A DNA stretch of 64,000 bases from a virus (lineage: Duplodnaviria > Heunggongvirae > Uroviricota > Caudoviricetes). This document shows positions 47,895 to 57,595 of the stretch, in pieces. Numbering within the stretch: the first letter of the stretch is position 1; each line of letters starts with the position of its first letter. The translations under genes were made by a program, and so were the position numbers. The stretch spans positions 1 through 64,000 of the IMG/VR virus record IMGVR_UViG_3300028603_000027. One strand, 5' to 3'. The notes below the pieces were generated by a model. The model was not told the origin of the DNA. It made no database searches and worked only from the letters and a program-made list of their open reading frames with translations.

Positions 47895-48485
47895 TTATTC
47901 CTCTTTAACCACCATTTCATCGCCCCAAGGGTCTACAGGAAATCCAAGTGACTCAAGAACATCGTTTTTGATTTTAACAACGTATCCTTCGTCATTTACA
48001 GACACGAGAACAGTTTGTGTCTTTTCTCGCTCTTTCTTTGGTTTTGCATTTTTCTTTAATGTTACGTGGGGGTACTCCCATCCAACAGCGTGGTAAATGT
48101 CCAAAAGTTGTTGGTAGAGAGGATTATCGGAAGATACATAAGTTGCAGTGAGCCTCCCTTCCAAACCAATATCACGAGCTACACGTTTGAATTCTCCTCC
48201 ATGTTTCTGGTCAATACCTACGGCAATGTGAATACATTCGTGAAGCAATACTTGTAGGAGTTGCACCTTATCGTGATTACCCAATTCAGGAGAAATAAAA
48301 ATATGGTGTGTTTTGCCGTCTTCACATGCTTCTTTGTCCCAAGCTTGGCCTATGGCCGACGCCGAAGAAGGAAACCCTACACTCACTTTCCAAAGTTCTG
48401 GAAGACACGTTTTGTATTTAGAAAGAATATCCTCGTTCAAAAGGATAGCTGCCTCTCGTAGCCAATCTTCTCTTGTTCTGTTCAT
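47895..48485 (-). CDS. SprT-like zinc metalloprotease domain protein
   Basis: HExxH in VLLHECIHIAVGIDQKHGGEFKRVARDIGLEG; start set at MNRTRED. Confidence 0.5.
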   Translation of the reverse strand: MNRTREDWLREAAILLNEDILSKYKTCLPELWKVSVGFPSSASAIGQAWDKEACEDGKTHHIFISPELGNHDKVQLLQVLLHECIHIAVGIDQKHGGEFKRVARDIGLEGRLTATYVSSDNPLYQQLLDIYHAVGWEYPHVTLKKNAKPKKEREKTQTVLVSVNDEGYVVKIKNDVLESLGFPVDPWGDEMVVKEE

Positions 48486-48495
48486 TCGATTTCCT

Positions 48496-48846
48496 TTAAT
48501 ATAGATTTTCTGAAAAGAGACGACCACCATTCATAGTATCTCCTCCTACCCTACGTACAATTTGGTTAGTCTTTTCAGCAATTTTCCATGCTTCTTCTCT
48601 TGTAAGGAAATCTCCCTTGTTGCAAATAAACCCTTGCTCAGATTGACTCCAATCGGTTGTAGATGTCTCTGCCCCTTCATACCCTTGAAGGGAATTATCG
48701 GCCAAAATATGTCGATGGATTGCATTACGCATGTGCATGCAAAAGTGCCTCACCCCTAAAACAATTTCTCCGTTCTTGCGTCTATTTGCTGCACATACAA
48801 TTCTTCGTTCCATTTTATTCTCCGTGATATTGCCACAAGACAGCAT
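48496..48846 (-). CDS. Hypothetical protein
   Basis: ORF only. Confidence 0.4.
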   Translation of the reverse strand: MLSCGNITENKMERRIVCAANRRKNGEIVLGVRHFCMHMRNAIHRHILADNSLQGYEGAETSTTDWSQSEQGFICNKGDFLTREEAWKIAEKTNQIVRRVGGDTMNGGRLFSENLY

Positions 48847-49090
48847 TACAATACGAGTGGACTGCCCCTATAGTCAATCCTGTAGTGTGACAGTGGTGTA
48901 GATGAATAGGATACCGGAGAAATTCTTCCCTGCCAGGAAAGAGGCTCCAATTTATTTCCTTATCATGTATAGGGCTAGCTTTCAAGTTTCGTTGGCAATA
49001 ATAGCACAAACCTTGTTGATGTTCAACGTATTGTTCTCTTACAGTCCTTTTCTCTTGCCAAGTTAGGTCTTTATAAATCTTTGGTAGCAT
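48815..49090 (-). CDS. Endonuclease VII-like / HNH nuclease
   Basis: CYYCQ...HLHHCHTTGLTIGAVHSYCN matches the phage recombination endonuclease VII zinc/HNH pattern. Confidence 0.5.
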   Translation of the reverse strand: MLPKIYKDLTWQEKRTVREQYVEHQQGLCYYCQRNLKASPIHDKEINWSLFPGREEFLRYPIHLHHCHTTGLTIGAVHSYCNAVLWQYHGE

Positions 49091-49092
49091 AT

Positions 49093-50112
49093 TTAACTAT
49101 AAGAAGAAAATAAAATTTGTGCCAAAGCTTCAGAAGCTAGCCCTTGCTTGAAACATTCTTCCAAATCAAACACTTCTTTGAATCGTTTCATAAACATTCC
49201 CAACTCCTTACCCTCTAGCCCTGTTACAGTTCGAGCTATATCTCCGTTCCACCACAACTTCATTTTAAGTTGTTCTAAATGTGCAGTAACTTCCTCAACA
49301 TATATCTCTCCCCATCTAGGAAAGACACGAAACGACTGTTGAAGAGCCAAAGTTTTAACCATTTCTTTCAGTTCAACATCATCAGGCCAAGGGTAGTAGA
49401 AATCTTCGCTTTTTGTCTCCTCACACCACCTCAAAAATTCATTATAAGTTTTTCTCTTAGAATCGCGTGTCCTAGCTTTATAGTTTCTATTATGTAGTAA
49501 GTAAATTTCAGGATTGAAATATTTACCGCTAGCTACAAACTTAAAAATATCTTCAAGATCGTTAAATCCCTTATTCCATTCTTCAAAAGAATAACCCATA
49601 AAAGGAAGGATTTCTGTCCAATCTGTGCTTATGATTTTCTCTGCATAAACATTATCGCCGTCTCGAAAAACATACTTCAATCCGTCGTGTCCAAACTTAA
49701 AGCCCATCTTATGTGCAATTCTACCCAAAAGATTTCCTAGATCATTAAAATCAAAATAATTGGCTGCTACATTTATGTTGTCAACAAATATAAAATCCAA
49801 TTGTACAATTTTAGAAGAATCTATAAAATTAACTTGATATGCAATGGAAACGACATCAGTGTTTCTTACAATCTTGCTCACTCTGGAATGTTTTTCTGCC
49901 AAGAAAAGGAAGTCTTCTATTGTAATACAAGACTTAGCTATTACAATGTCCAAATCTCCGAAATCTTCTTTATTTCTGTATGCCCTTACAATCTTAAAGT
50001 GATCGCCCTGTTTCAACCACATCCCTTCAATGAAGGATACAGTCTCAGCTTGAACTGAAGCATATTCTTCGTTAGAAAATCTTTCACTAAACGGAATTGC
50101 GTTTCCACCCAT
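49093..50112 (-). CDS. Hypothetical protein
   Basis: 339-aa ORF. A NKEDFGDLD stretch is faintly reminiscent of a ligase/NTase motif but is unconvincing. Confidence 0.4.
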   Translation of the reverse strand: MGGNAIPFSERFSNEEYASVQAETVSFIEGMWLKQGDHFKIVRAYRNKEDFGDLDIVIAKSCITIEDFLFLAEKHSRVSKIVRNTDVVSIAYQVNFIDSSKIVQLDFIFVDNINVAANYFDFNDLGNLLGRIAHKMGFKFGHDGLKYVFRDGDNVYAEKIISTDWTEILPFMGYSFEEWNKGFNDLEDIFKFVASGKYFNPEIYLLHNRNYKARTRDSKRKTYNEFLRWCEETKSEDFYYPWPDDVELKEMVKTLALQQSFRVFPRWGEIYVEEVTAHLEQLKMKLWWNGDIARTVTGLEGKELGMFMKRFKEVFDLEECFKQGLASEALAQILFSSYS

Positions 50113-50125
50113 ATTTACTCCTTGC

Positions 50126-51262
50126 TTATTCTAAAGGTTCCCACGTATTAGGGTCAACTTCTCGGATACGTAGACCGACAGGCTTGGTTGGGACTCCCGC
50201 ATCAGAGATGTCTTCGTATTCCACTTCAATCCATTTACCTACCACCAACTCCCGATTACCATACAGACGAAGGTTTACATTTGGGTCTGCATCTTTGCGC
50301 ATTTTAACCTTAAATTTAATTCCTTCTTTTAATGAGCAATGTAACACTGCTTCATTGTTTTTATCTTCTTCAGCTCGTTCAACATACGCTTCTACTGTGT
50401 CTCGATTTTTCAACTTCTGAGCATCATACGATCTTTTACCAAATTCGTAAAGCCCTTGTTGATTTCTCACTACAATACCTTCTTCTTTGTCAATCCCACT
50501 ACGAACGAAATGTTTCTGAACATCGCTCTCACTGAAAGCAAAGCTGCAAGGCAAAGCCACGAGACTGTTCAACGAAAACTGTCTGATAATGTCTGCGATA
50601 TAGCCTAGACGTTCGTTACGTGTAGAGAAGAATTCATTAGCCTTAGGAATATCATAAATCCAATACTGTAGGCGAGGAGTGTTTTCATTTTCCTTACGAA
50701 AGGCAGAAACAATTTCTTGGAGAGAAAGACCGCCTTTGTTCCTATTTCCTGCAAAAACTTCGCCATCCAATCCATACCAACTATCGCCTAGAATATCTTT
50801 CAGCTTTGCAATATCCTTTAAGATATGTTCCGGGATAGTGTAATCTTCTCCTGCTTTACTTTGGGCTTTTAAATCTGTATCCACCAAAAGTCGAAGACCA
50901 TCCAACTTCAGAGAGAAATAGCACGGATATGCAATTTTATGCCCTTGCTCATTGAAGTTTTGAAGCTTCATGGGCGTCATTTTTACTGAGGAGCGGGCTT
51001 CCTCTTCTGTTTTGAAATAACCCCGTTTGAGTTGTTTATCAAACTTGGCCTGCGCCTCTCGAACGGCCTGTTCTTCAGGGCTAGTTTCATTTGCCCTGCC
51101 TACGTTCTTCCCTTCTACTTTGATCGTCTTGGAAGTGATTTTTCCTCCTTTCATTCCATGACTCATGATGTAGGAATTTCCCTCTGCCTCAATTTCCCAA
51201 GTGCGAATTTCTCCTTTGCTTCCCTTAGAGTATAGAGTAGGCCATTGATTTGTCTCACTCAT
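50126..51262 (-). CDS. ATP-dependent DNA ligase
   Basis: Adenylation motif KLDGLR (KxDG); start set at MSETNQ after GGAGGTGAAA. Confidence 0.55.
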   Translation of the reverse strand: MSETNQWPTLYSKGSKGEIRTWEIEAEGNSYIMSHGMKGGKITSKTIKVEGKNVGRANETSPEEQAVREAQAKFDKQLKRGYFKTEEEARSSVKMTPMKLQNFNEQGHKIAYPCYFSLKLDGLRLLVDTDLKAQSKAGEDYTIPEHILKDIAKLKDILGDSWYGLDGEVFAGNRNKGGLSLQEIVSAFRKENENTPRLQYWIYDIPKANEFFSTRNERLGYIADIIRQFSLNSLVALPCSFAFSESDVQKHFVRSGIDKEEGIVVRNQQGLYEFGKRSYDAQKLKNRDTVEAYVERAEEDKNNEAVLHCSLKEGIKFKVKMRKDADPNVNLRLYGNRELVVGKWIEVEYEDISDAGVPTKPVGLRIREVDPNTWEPLE

Positions 51263-51572
51263 TTTCACCTCCGCCCACCAGTTCGTACTTTTCCAAGAAA
51301 TCTTCTTGATTCCATACAATAGCGTTATCGTTTTCATCAAAAACTAACATATCCCCAAGGAACAATACTTGCAGCACTCCGTTCTGGATAAAAGTAATTG
51401 TTATTGTATGCGTAGTATCTGCCAATTGCGGATTGTTTGCTACAACAGTTAAATAAACGCTAGTAGCCTTACTGTCGTATAGATTTTGAACGATGTCTCC
51501 AATAGCATCTGTATCTTCAAACAGTGCAGCTTCGACTACAGCATCTTTAGTTGTATAAGTTTGATAGTACAT
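51255..51572 (-). CDS. Hypothetical protein
   Basis: ORF only. Confidence 0.4.
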   Translation of the reverse strand: MYYQTYTTKDAVVEAALFEDTDAIGDIVQNLYDSKATSVYLTVVANNPQLADTTHTITITFIQNGVLQVLFLGDMLVFDENDNAIVWNQEDFLEKYELVGGGENE

Positions 51573-51833
51573 TTAATCCTCCATCCTAAAAGTGGGAATG
51601 AAATCCAACTCGTTAATTACATCATCAGGATTATGGTAAAGATCGAATTCATCCTGCTCTTCAATAGCCTTCAACACTCGCATATCTTCTTCGCTAGTCT
51701 TCACAACACCACTCTTATTAAACGTAATCATAACCACCTGATTTAGATTTCGTAGAACAAATAACCCACCACCAAACAGGAATGCAAATCCCTAAGAAGG
51801 TGATCGCCACCACACTAGACATTGGAATCACCA

Positions 51834-52235
51834 TTATTCTGCCTTCATCTTTCGCGTAGCGTTTAGAAATGTTTGCCGAACAAATTCATAACAGTATTCG
51901 TGAATGTCGTCTGTCTGGATACAATGATTTTCTTTTTCTTGGTCTTTCAAAAGATTGTGAAACAGAGAAACAGTTAGGCTTGTATCCCCATCCAAGGGAT
52001 AGATATATTCCTTCGCCTGCCGTGCAATAGTTTTGCCAAGTTTCCTCTCAAAATTATCTTGATTACAAACACTCCACTGTGCCTTTACTGTACGTGCTGC
52101 ATAATCTACTGTAAAAATAATAGTAATACCGTGCAGGTTATCGTGTAGACACAAAGGAAATGAATCGTAAACATCTGGTCGAATATAACGCACCACTTCA
52201 ATAATTTCAGGCTTCTTCATAGTTTTCTCCATCAA
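51834..52235 (-). CDS. Hypothetical protein
   Basis: ORF only. Confidence 0.4.
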   Translation of the reverse strand: MMEKTMKKPEIIEVVRYIRPDVYDSFPLCLHDNLHGITIIFTVDYAARTVKAQWSVCNQDNFERKLGKTIARQAKEYIYPLDGDTSLTVSLFHNLLKDQEKENHCIQTDDIHEYCYEFVRQTFLNATRKMKAE

Positions 52236-52473
52236 TAAATTTCACATAAATGTTGTTTTCAATCAAAATCTGTTCTAGGGAAGTTAGAGTGATTGTATAA
52301 GCCAAATCTCTATCTGTCAACAGCCCTTCGTCTTCTAATACAGCAATAAAACAAGCTCTCTCAGAGTACATGGGTTGTCTGTGACAAACAGATATGTCTT
52401 TTGAGAAATATTCATATTCATCCCACTCTGGAGAAAGTCCTGAAGAATAAAGTTCAAACGTATATGTTTTCAA
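52207..52473 (-). CDS. Hypothetical protein
   Basis: ORF only. Confidence 0.4.
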   Translation of the reverse strand: MKTYTFELYSSGLSPEWDEYEYFSKDISVCHRQPMYSERACFIAVLEDEGLLTDRDLAYTITLTSLEQILIENNIYVKFIDGENYEEA

Positions 52474-52477
52474 AATA

Positions 52478-52915
52478 CTACCCTTTATTTAAATTTTCAA
52501 ATTGTTGGAGGATTACTGTTTCTCCCACAGAACGATTATCTCTCAGTGCATCTCTTTTAATACACGTTTCCAAAGAAGTGTCCATTCTGAAAAATTCCAC
52601 TTCATATCCAAGCGTCTCCAAAAGGAATTTTACTTTATCCCGTTCTTTCTTTTTACAAAGCGTGTCAGAAATAATTATATTCCGACACAGTTCTTGTGCT
52701 CTATAAATCTCAGAGTGCCAATAAAAAGTTACTACGTCTTCCCAAGGAGAGAAAGGCTTGTAGCCATTCCATCCGTTTTCATGAAAGCCTGGAATAACTT
52801 CTGCTCGAATAACATCCCGTTCAATCCGTACAGCATATTCCGCACCATCCAGCACAGATTCTGCTAGAGTAGATTTACCAGACCCCGAAGGGCCGTAAAT
52901 AATCAATGCTTCCAT
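52478..52915 (-). CDS. Polynucleotide 5'-kinase (T4 Pnk kinase-domain-like)
   Basis: LIIYGPSGSGKSTLAE, RDVIRAEV and IIISDTL parallel the T4 Pnk motifs GCPGSGKST, RDDYR and IISDTNL. Start set at MEALIIYG. Confidence 0.6.
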   Translation of the reverse strand: MEALIIYGPSGSGKSTLAESVLDGAEYAVRIERDVIRAEVIPGFHENGWNGYKPFSPWEDVVTFYWHSEIYRAQELCRNIIISDTLCKKKERDKVKFLLETLGYEVEFFRMDTSLETCIKRDALRDNRSVGETVILQQFENLNKG

Positions 52916-52923
52916 TATATCTC

Positions 52924-54204
52924 CTAAGACACTGTTTCCATGTCTACAACATCTGCAAGCCCTTCCATTACCCGGAAGGGGTAACTTTTGCATTTGAAAA
53001 ACTTGGGGTTTGTTTTATTAGTGTCTACTCTGACAATAATACCTTCTCCGATCATTCCTGAAAACTGATGGTCTTCTCCAAGATGTTCAGGACGCTCCGT
53101 GAGCTTTTCCACCAACTCACGCAAGGCTTCTTCGTCTCCGTTGTAGATCATCTGAGGGTGAACTTCAAATGTGGATTCAATTCCTCTATTCTCACACCAT
53201 TGTTCCATTTCCTTTTGAGACAAATCAATGTTTTTACCATCAACAGTTTGCCGGGTTATCCGGTAAATGTGCCACTTGTATTCACCTTCTGTGCAACCGT
53301 AGTGAAACACATTGGTATTACCATATTTCTCTGTGTACCGCTTGTCTTTCAAAGCTTTTATGTCTCCATTAGGCATAATAGCCTTACCGTTGACAAAACC
53401 AACAATTTCTCCATACACGGTCATTCCATCTTCTAACAGAGGATAGATTTCTCTACCTACCTCGAAACGGAAAGATTCACTTCCATGAAAACCTTCTTTG
53501 TATTCTTGTTGTAGCGTGACATTTCTACTTCCAACCACCATTTCATAATCCCCTGTAAGAGGAAAGATAGGCGCAATCTTGTTAATCAGTTTCTTCCAAC
53601 GAGGAAGTTCTACTGTTCTTCGCATTTTGGCTACTCGCATGGAAGTGCCATGCCGCTTGTTATGAAAAGAAAGAAGAGCACCCACAGGAATGTTGGCCGC
53701 AAAGTGTCGGAAGTTATCGGTGTCAGAATGTTTTTCAAACAAAGGAAAAGCGTTAGCCTTTACTGTCTTGGTTCTTTGGTTTCCTATTGCCTTTCGAGCC
53801 TGTTCAGTGATGTATTTTTGACAAATTTTAACACCATTGAGTTCATCAAATTCTGTTCCAAGTTGAGTAGGCACTTCTCCGCAGAATGCCAAGCTCTCCA
53901 GAGAAGAGAAATACCCGCTACTACGAACTTTCAAAAAGGGTTGTGCTCGTACTTTACGATTATCATCAAAGAAACCTTTCTTATCAGAATCAGCATTCTT
54001 TTCAGAATTACGGAAAAGATTATTTTCTCGGCAATATTGTTCTGAAAGTTGAACATCTACAGGAAAGAATACACCTATAAACCCTACAGGCAAATCCTTT
54101 GAGACAACGACAGGTTCACCAAGTACGTAGGCAATTTGAATTCGATCTGCACCGGGGATAGTCTCTACTTTATCAATCTTAGCGATAATTGCTTTGTGTG
54201 CCAT
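52924..54204 (-). CDS. Putative RNA ligase (Rnl2-like nucleotidyltransferase)
   Basis: FHNKRHGTSMRV fits the KxHGT[NS] motif I of Rnl2-type ligases. Lies between the Pnk-like kinase and a metallophosphoesterase. Confidence 0.4.
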   Translation of the reverse strand: MAHKAIIAKIDKVETIPGADRIQIAYVLGEPVVVSKDLPVGFIGVFFPVDVQLSEQYCRENNLFRNSEKNADSDKKGFFDDNRKVRAQPFLKVRSSGYFSSLESLAFCGEVPTQLGTEFDELNGVKICQKYITEQARKAIGNQRTKTVKANAFPLFEKHSDTDNFRHFAANIPVGALLSFHNKRHGTSMRVAKMRRTVELPRWKKLINKIAPIFPLTGDYEMVVGSRNVTLQQEYKEGFHGSESFRFEVGREIYPLLEDGMTVYGEIVGFVNGKAIMPNGDIKALKDKRYTEKYGNTNVFHYGCTEGEYKWHIYRITRQTVDGKNIDLSQKEMEQWCENRGIESTFEVHPQMIYNGDEEALRELVEKLTERPEHLGEDHQFSGMIGEGIIVRVDTNKTNPKFFKCKSYPFRVMEGLADVVDMETVS

Positions 54205-54219
54205 ACTCTACCTCTTAAA

Positions 54220-54444
54220 TTAGCTCAGAAGAGCGGAAATCTTCGCAGCAATATTTTCCGCACGATTAGCCTCTTCCTTGCTCTTCTTTTGTTCAATCTG
54301 AAGACTATTAATCTCTGTTTCAATACGTGAGACGTTATCTTGTTGCTTCTGTACAATTCCTTCAAGGCGGTCAAGTACAGAAGTAAAATCTGAAATCACA
54401 TTATCAACAGTATCAGTCTTCTTAAAGATATTTTTAATTTCCAT
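54220..54444 (-). CDS. Small coiled-coil protein
   Basis: ORF only. Confidence 0.35.
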   Translation of the reverse strand: MEIKNIFKKTDTVDNVISDFTSVLDRLEGIVQKQQDNVSRIETEINSLQIEQKKSKEEANRAENIAAKISALLS

Positions 54445-54633
54445 TTAATTCTCCTTTATTGCGATTTTTAAAAGTTTTTCCAAGTGTTGAATTTGGTTTC
54501 TGCCTTCTCGAAGAGCATAAGATAAAATTTTATAATCTCTTTCTTCAATGGGCTTGCTACTTAGCGATATTGCTTCAAGCAGTGTAATCGCTTCTTCTAG
54601 TGTTGTCAACGATTCCTTAGATGTTTTCTGCAT
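54445..54633 (-). CDS. Small coiled-coil protein
   Basis: ORF only. Confidence 0.35.
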   Translation of the reverse strand: MQKTSKESLTTLEEAITLLEAISLSSKPIEERDYKILSYALREGRNQIQHLEKLLKIAIKEN

Positions 54634-55114
54634 TTTTACTTCTCAACTCTTTTACTACGTCTTCAAAAAGAATTGGCTTATATTCTGTGTGTTCCAGACA
54701 AACGTTTCTGTATCGCCCATCAGGAATAACATTGGAATGCATGTGTCCGTGTACACAAAACTTTCCTCTAAGCTCTACAGGATGGATAGGAGCATGAGAT
54801 AGCCAACATCCTTTCTTGTTATGCAAACTATACACTTTGTTATACGTTTGTGTCAACAGTGAAAAGTTTAGGCGCTCTACATCGTGATTACCAAGAATTA
54901 AAACTTTATATCCAGGCCACTTAGCAATTTCCTCTAAAGCTTCAGACGTAAACGCCACATCTCCAAGAAACATAACAGTATCACGTTTAGTGACAACTGA
55001 ATGATATTGTTCTTTTACAAATTCATCGTGCTCTTCCGCAGAAGCAAAAGGTCGATATTTATGGATATTCCTATGCCCTCTGTGCAAGTCACTTGTTACA
55101 AAAACTCTACTCAT
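54617..55114 (-). CDS. Calcineurin-like metallophosphoesterase
   Basis: Motifs SDLHRGH, FLGDVA and LILGNHDVE. Confidence 0.7.
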   Translation of the reverse strand: MSRVFVTSDLHRGHRNIHKYRPFASAEEHDEFVKEQYHSVVTKRDTVMFLGDVAFTSEALEEIAKWPGYKVLILGNHDVERLNFSLLTQTYNKVYSLHNKKGCWLSHAPIHPVELRGKFCVHGHMHSNVIPDGRYRNVCLEHTEYKPILFEDVVKELRSKNAENI

Positions 55115-55343
55115 CTACTTTTCTCCCCAAAGCCAAAGCCACCTTATCTTGCGTTGAATAATAACAATAATCACTCTCGTAGGGAAGATCGTCAAGCTGC
55201 TGAAGAATATTTTCTACTTCCTGTGCATCTTCTTCCATAATCAAAATATAGTCGCTACCGCAATTCATCCCTCCGTCTAACATATAACTAATTTTTCGCA
55301 CCAATTCTAGTAAATTGTTAATGACTGTATCTTGGTCAACCAT
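55107..55343 (-). CDS. Hypothetical acidic protein
   Basis: ORF only. Confidence 0.35.
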   Translation of the reverse strand: MVDQDTVINNLLELVRKISYMLDGGMNCGSDYILIMEEDAQEVENILQQLDDLPYESDYCYYSTQDKVALALGRKVDE

Positions 55344-55578
55344 TTAATATATTCCCCATAGCGTCGGTTTCGACTTCTTTTAATCCTTTGTACTCTGCTA
55401 CGATATAATAATCAGGAGCAACATCAGGAAGGTCTTTATTGCAGTCTACTACTGCTTCTTTAGCTTCTTGTTCTGAGTCAAAATAGCGAATCCAAAAATC
55501 GCTACCCCATCCACGTTCACTTTCTCGATAAAGAACAGCGTATTTCTTTGTGAAATGTTTCGTAATAACATTAACCAT
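55336..55578 (-). CDS. Hypothetical protein
   Basis: ORF only. Confidence 0.35.
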   Translation of the reverse strand: MVNVITKHFTKKYAVLYRESERGWGSDFWIRYFDSEQEAKEAVVDCNKDLPDVAPDYYIVAEYKGLKEVETDAMGNILNG

Positions 55579-55861
55579 CTGTAGACTCCTTTATTGGATA
55601 GTAATATGGCATTCCGTCCCAAGAGTGCCATCTCTTCACTCTCGTAAGCCAACGAATATTAGAAGTTTTCACTCCGCTACGGGCCTCCAGCACTACTGGA
55701 TGCCACGCAAACCAAAGTTCTTCTGCATCTATCGTACTTTCCTTCTTACAAAACGGGAATACTAGGAAGAAACAAAGTATTTGTAACCAAAACAACACAA
55801 AGAAAATAATGAATTCTTTTGACCCACTAAGAAATGCTTTTAAAAAATAAACTATATTCAT
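55571..55861 (-). CDS. Small membrane protein
   Basis: Hydrophobic N-terminus FIIFFVLFWLQILCFFLVFPF. Confidence 0.35.
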   Translation of the reverse strand: MNIVYFLKAFLSGSKEFIIFFVLFWLQILCFFLVFPFCKKESTIDAEELWFAWHPVVLEARSGVKTSNIRWLTRVKRWHSWDGMPYYYPIKESTDG

Positions 55862-57078
55862 TTCTCCTCCCTTTCTCTGTATGCTTCATTTACTTCCTTA
55901 ATCAATTTTACGGCTAGTTCTTTTAATACGGGCGAATCAACTGTTTGATTACACTCTCTATACATTTGCTGACAGACCCAAACGTTGTTGTTCACCAACT
56001 GCAAACCTAGCGTAGCTTCTTCCTTTCCGTCTGAGAGGTGGTAAACAAGATATTGCCCACTTGCCACGTGATACGCATATCCTGCAACACAATGATGCAT
56101 GATTTTACCTTCTTTGTCTAGCTGCTCTGTTGTTAAAATAGCAACAGCATTAGCATCTTCATAAGAAGATTCCTTAGGAATCCAAGAATTAGTTAGATCA
56201 AACATTCTATCTTGATCTTGTTTAACCCTCCATAAGTCTCTTTCTCTTTGGGCGAGGTTGTCGTGAAAATCCAACAAAATGTTTAAATCATTTAGAATAT
56301 TATTGGGAACTCTTTCTTGCAGTCTTTGAGCCATTACTAAAGAGTCTCCTAAAATCGTAACAGTCCTTTCAATAGGGCCGAGTCGTTTTATATGAGCTAC
56401 AGGCCATTGCTTCATATATTTAAGAATATTCTTCACTTCTTCTCTGCGTCTACGCCGCACCACAGTTGCGAATATTTCAAAGAAATTAGAATTATAAGAT
56501 TTAATTTCTTCGGCAAAATCGGGTAAAGGTACTTTATCTACGATTCTAGAAATTTGCTTGTTTCTATGGTGGGAATTTTTAGCAAGATTCTTCCACAAAC
56601 CCTTACCATATAAATCTTTCATCTCTTGAGGTGATAAGCCTGTAGTAAGGATAAGAGGAAGAATGTTAGTTTGATTATCTTCTAGGGCTTGCGTCAGCAC
56701 ATCTCTGTGTTTATAGATTTTAGCTACAGCAGGGAAATGTACAGATTGTTTTTTACGTCTTCCGTACATACTGACTAAACGTTCATTCGGCCTCACTACT
56801 TTCTCAAAGAAGGTTGCCCAAGCAAATTTATACAGGAGACGAGGGGGTCTTCCCATATTATTATTCACTGCTTGATTCATTTCTTTAGAATAATAGAAGG
56901 TTGGAGAATCAAAACTAAATCGTGCGGAGTTCAACCACTCTTTCACCCTGCCTAGCCTAACAAAACAGCCTTCAATCCAATGTGTTCCGTTGGAGACTTT
57001 GGCCTTAAAACCATTAGGGTAAACAGAAATAATTTCTACAGTAATTTTAACATCGTTTTTGACACTTGTAGAACACAT
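55858..57078 (-). CDS. Hypothetical protein
   Basis: 406-aa ORF with no recognisable motif. Confidence 0.45.
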   Translation of the reverse strand: MCSTSVKNDVKITVEIISVYPNGFKAKVSNGTHWIEGCFVRLGRVKEWLNSARFSFDSPTFYYSKEMNQAVNNNMGRPPRLLYKFAWATFFEKVVRPNERLVSMYGRRKKQSVHFPAVAKIYKHRDVLTQALEDNQTNILPLILTTGLSPQEMKDLYGKGLWKNLAKNSHHRNKQISRIVDKVPLPDFAEEIKSYNSNFFEIFATVVRRRRREEVKNILKYMKQWPVAHIKRLGPIERTVTILGDSLVMAQRLQERVPNNILNDLNILLDFHDNLAQRERDLWRVKQDQDRMFDLTNSWIPKESSYEDANAVAILTTEQLDKEGKIMHHCVAGYAYHVASGQYLVYHLSDGKEEATLGLQLVNNNVWVCQQMYRECNQTVDSPVLKELAVKLIKEVNEAYREREEK

Positions 57079-57595
57079 GATCGTCTAACTCTCCTACTTT
57101 TGTAAATATCCTAGACCAGTACGGCTTTACTTGTTTAGTATGGTAGTGTGTTACTTTTTTGGTGTCAACCCCTAAATCTGCTTTAGCGTTGCCAGTTAAC
57201 AACCTATAAGCCAATTTATAACTCCTCTGCCATTCTTTTAAGTTAGCTTTACGACGACCTATACTACCATCACAAGTATAACTAAATTGGCACCCATCAT
57301 AGACAACATCTTTAATTGTATTCGGCCATCTCGGGTGGGCAACCCTGTTAAGAACAGTCTGCATCACTGCTAACTGTCCCTCATCGCTCTGATTTCTTGA
57401 CTCGTAATACCCGATTTCAGATAGTAATCTACATTCCTCACTTTGTAAACAAAGGGATTCCGCATTGATGTATTTTTTATACAAAGGGATATGACTGTTG
57501 TGTAACAATGGAATTGTTTCTTCTAATGAAATTACATTATGAAGCATAACCCCAAAGGAAAACAAAAATGAACATAGAAATTGTTTAAATATCAT
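57047..57595 (-). CDS. SleB/CwlJ-like cell-wall hydrolase (Hydrolase_2 family) with signal peptide
   Basis: EGQLAVMQTVLNRVAHPRWPNTIKDVVYDGCQFSY resembles the Hydrolase_2 core; N-terminal hydrophobic signal. Confidence 0.5.
   Translation of the reverse strand: MIFKQFLCSFLFSFGVMLHNVISLEETIPLLHNSHIPLYKKYINAESLCLQSEECRLLSEIGYYESRNQSDEGQLAVMQTVLNRVAHPRWPNTIKDVVYDGCQFSYTCDGSIGRRKANLKEWQRSYKLAYRLLTGNAKADLGVDTKKVTHYHTKQVKPYWSRIFTKVGELDDHVFYKCQKRC

Noticed and set aside
49093-50112. Possible Rnl1-like ligase based on NKEDFGDLD
   Set aside because: Motif spacing does not match KEDG or the pol-beta NTase pattern. Kept as hypothetical.
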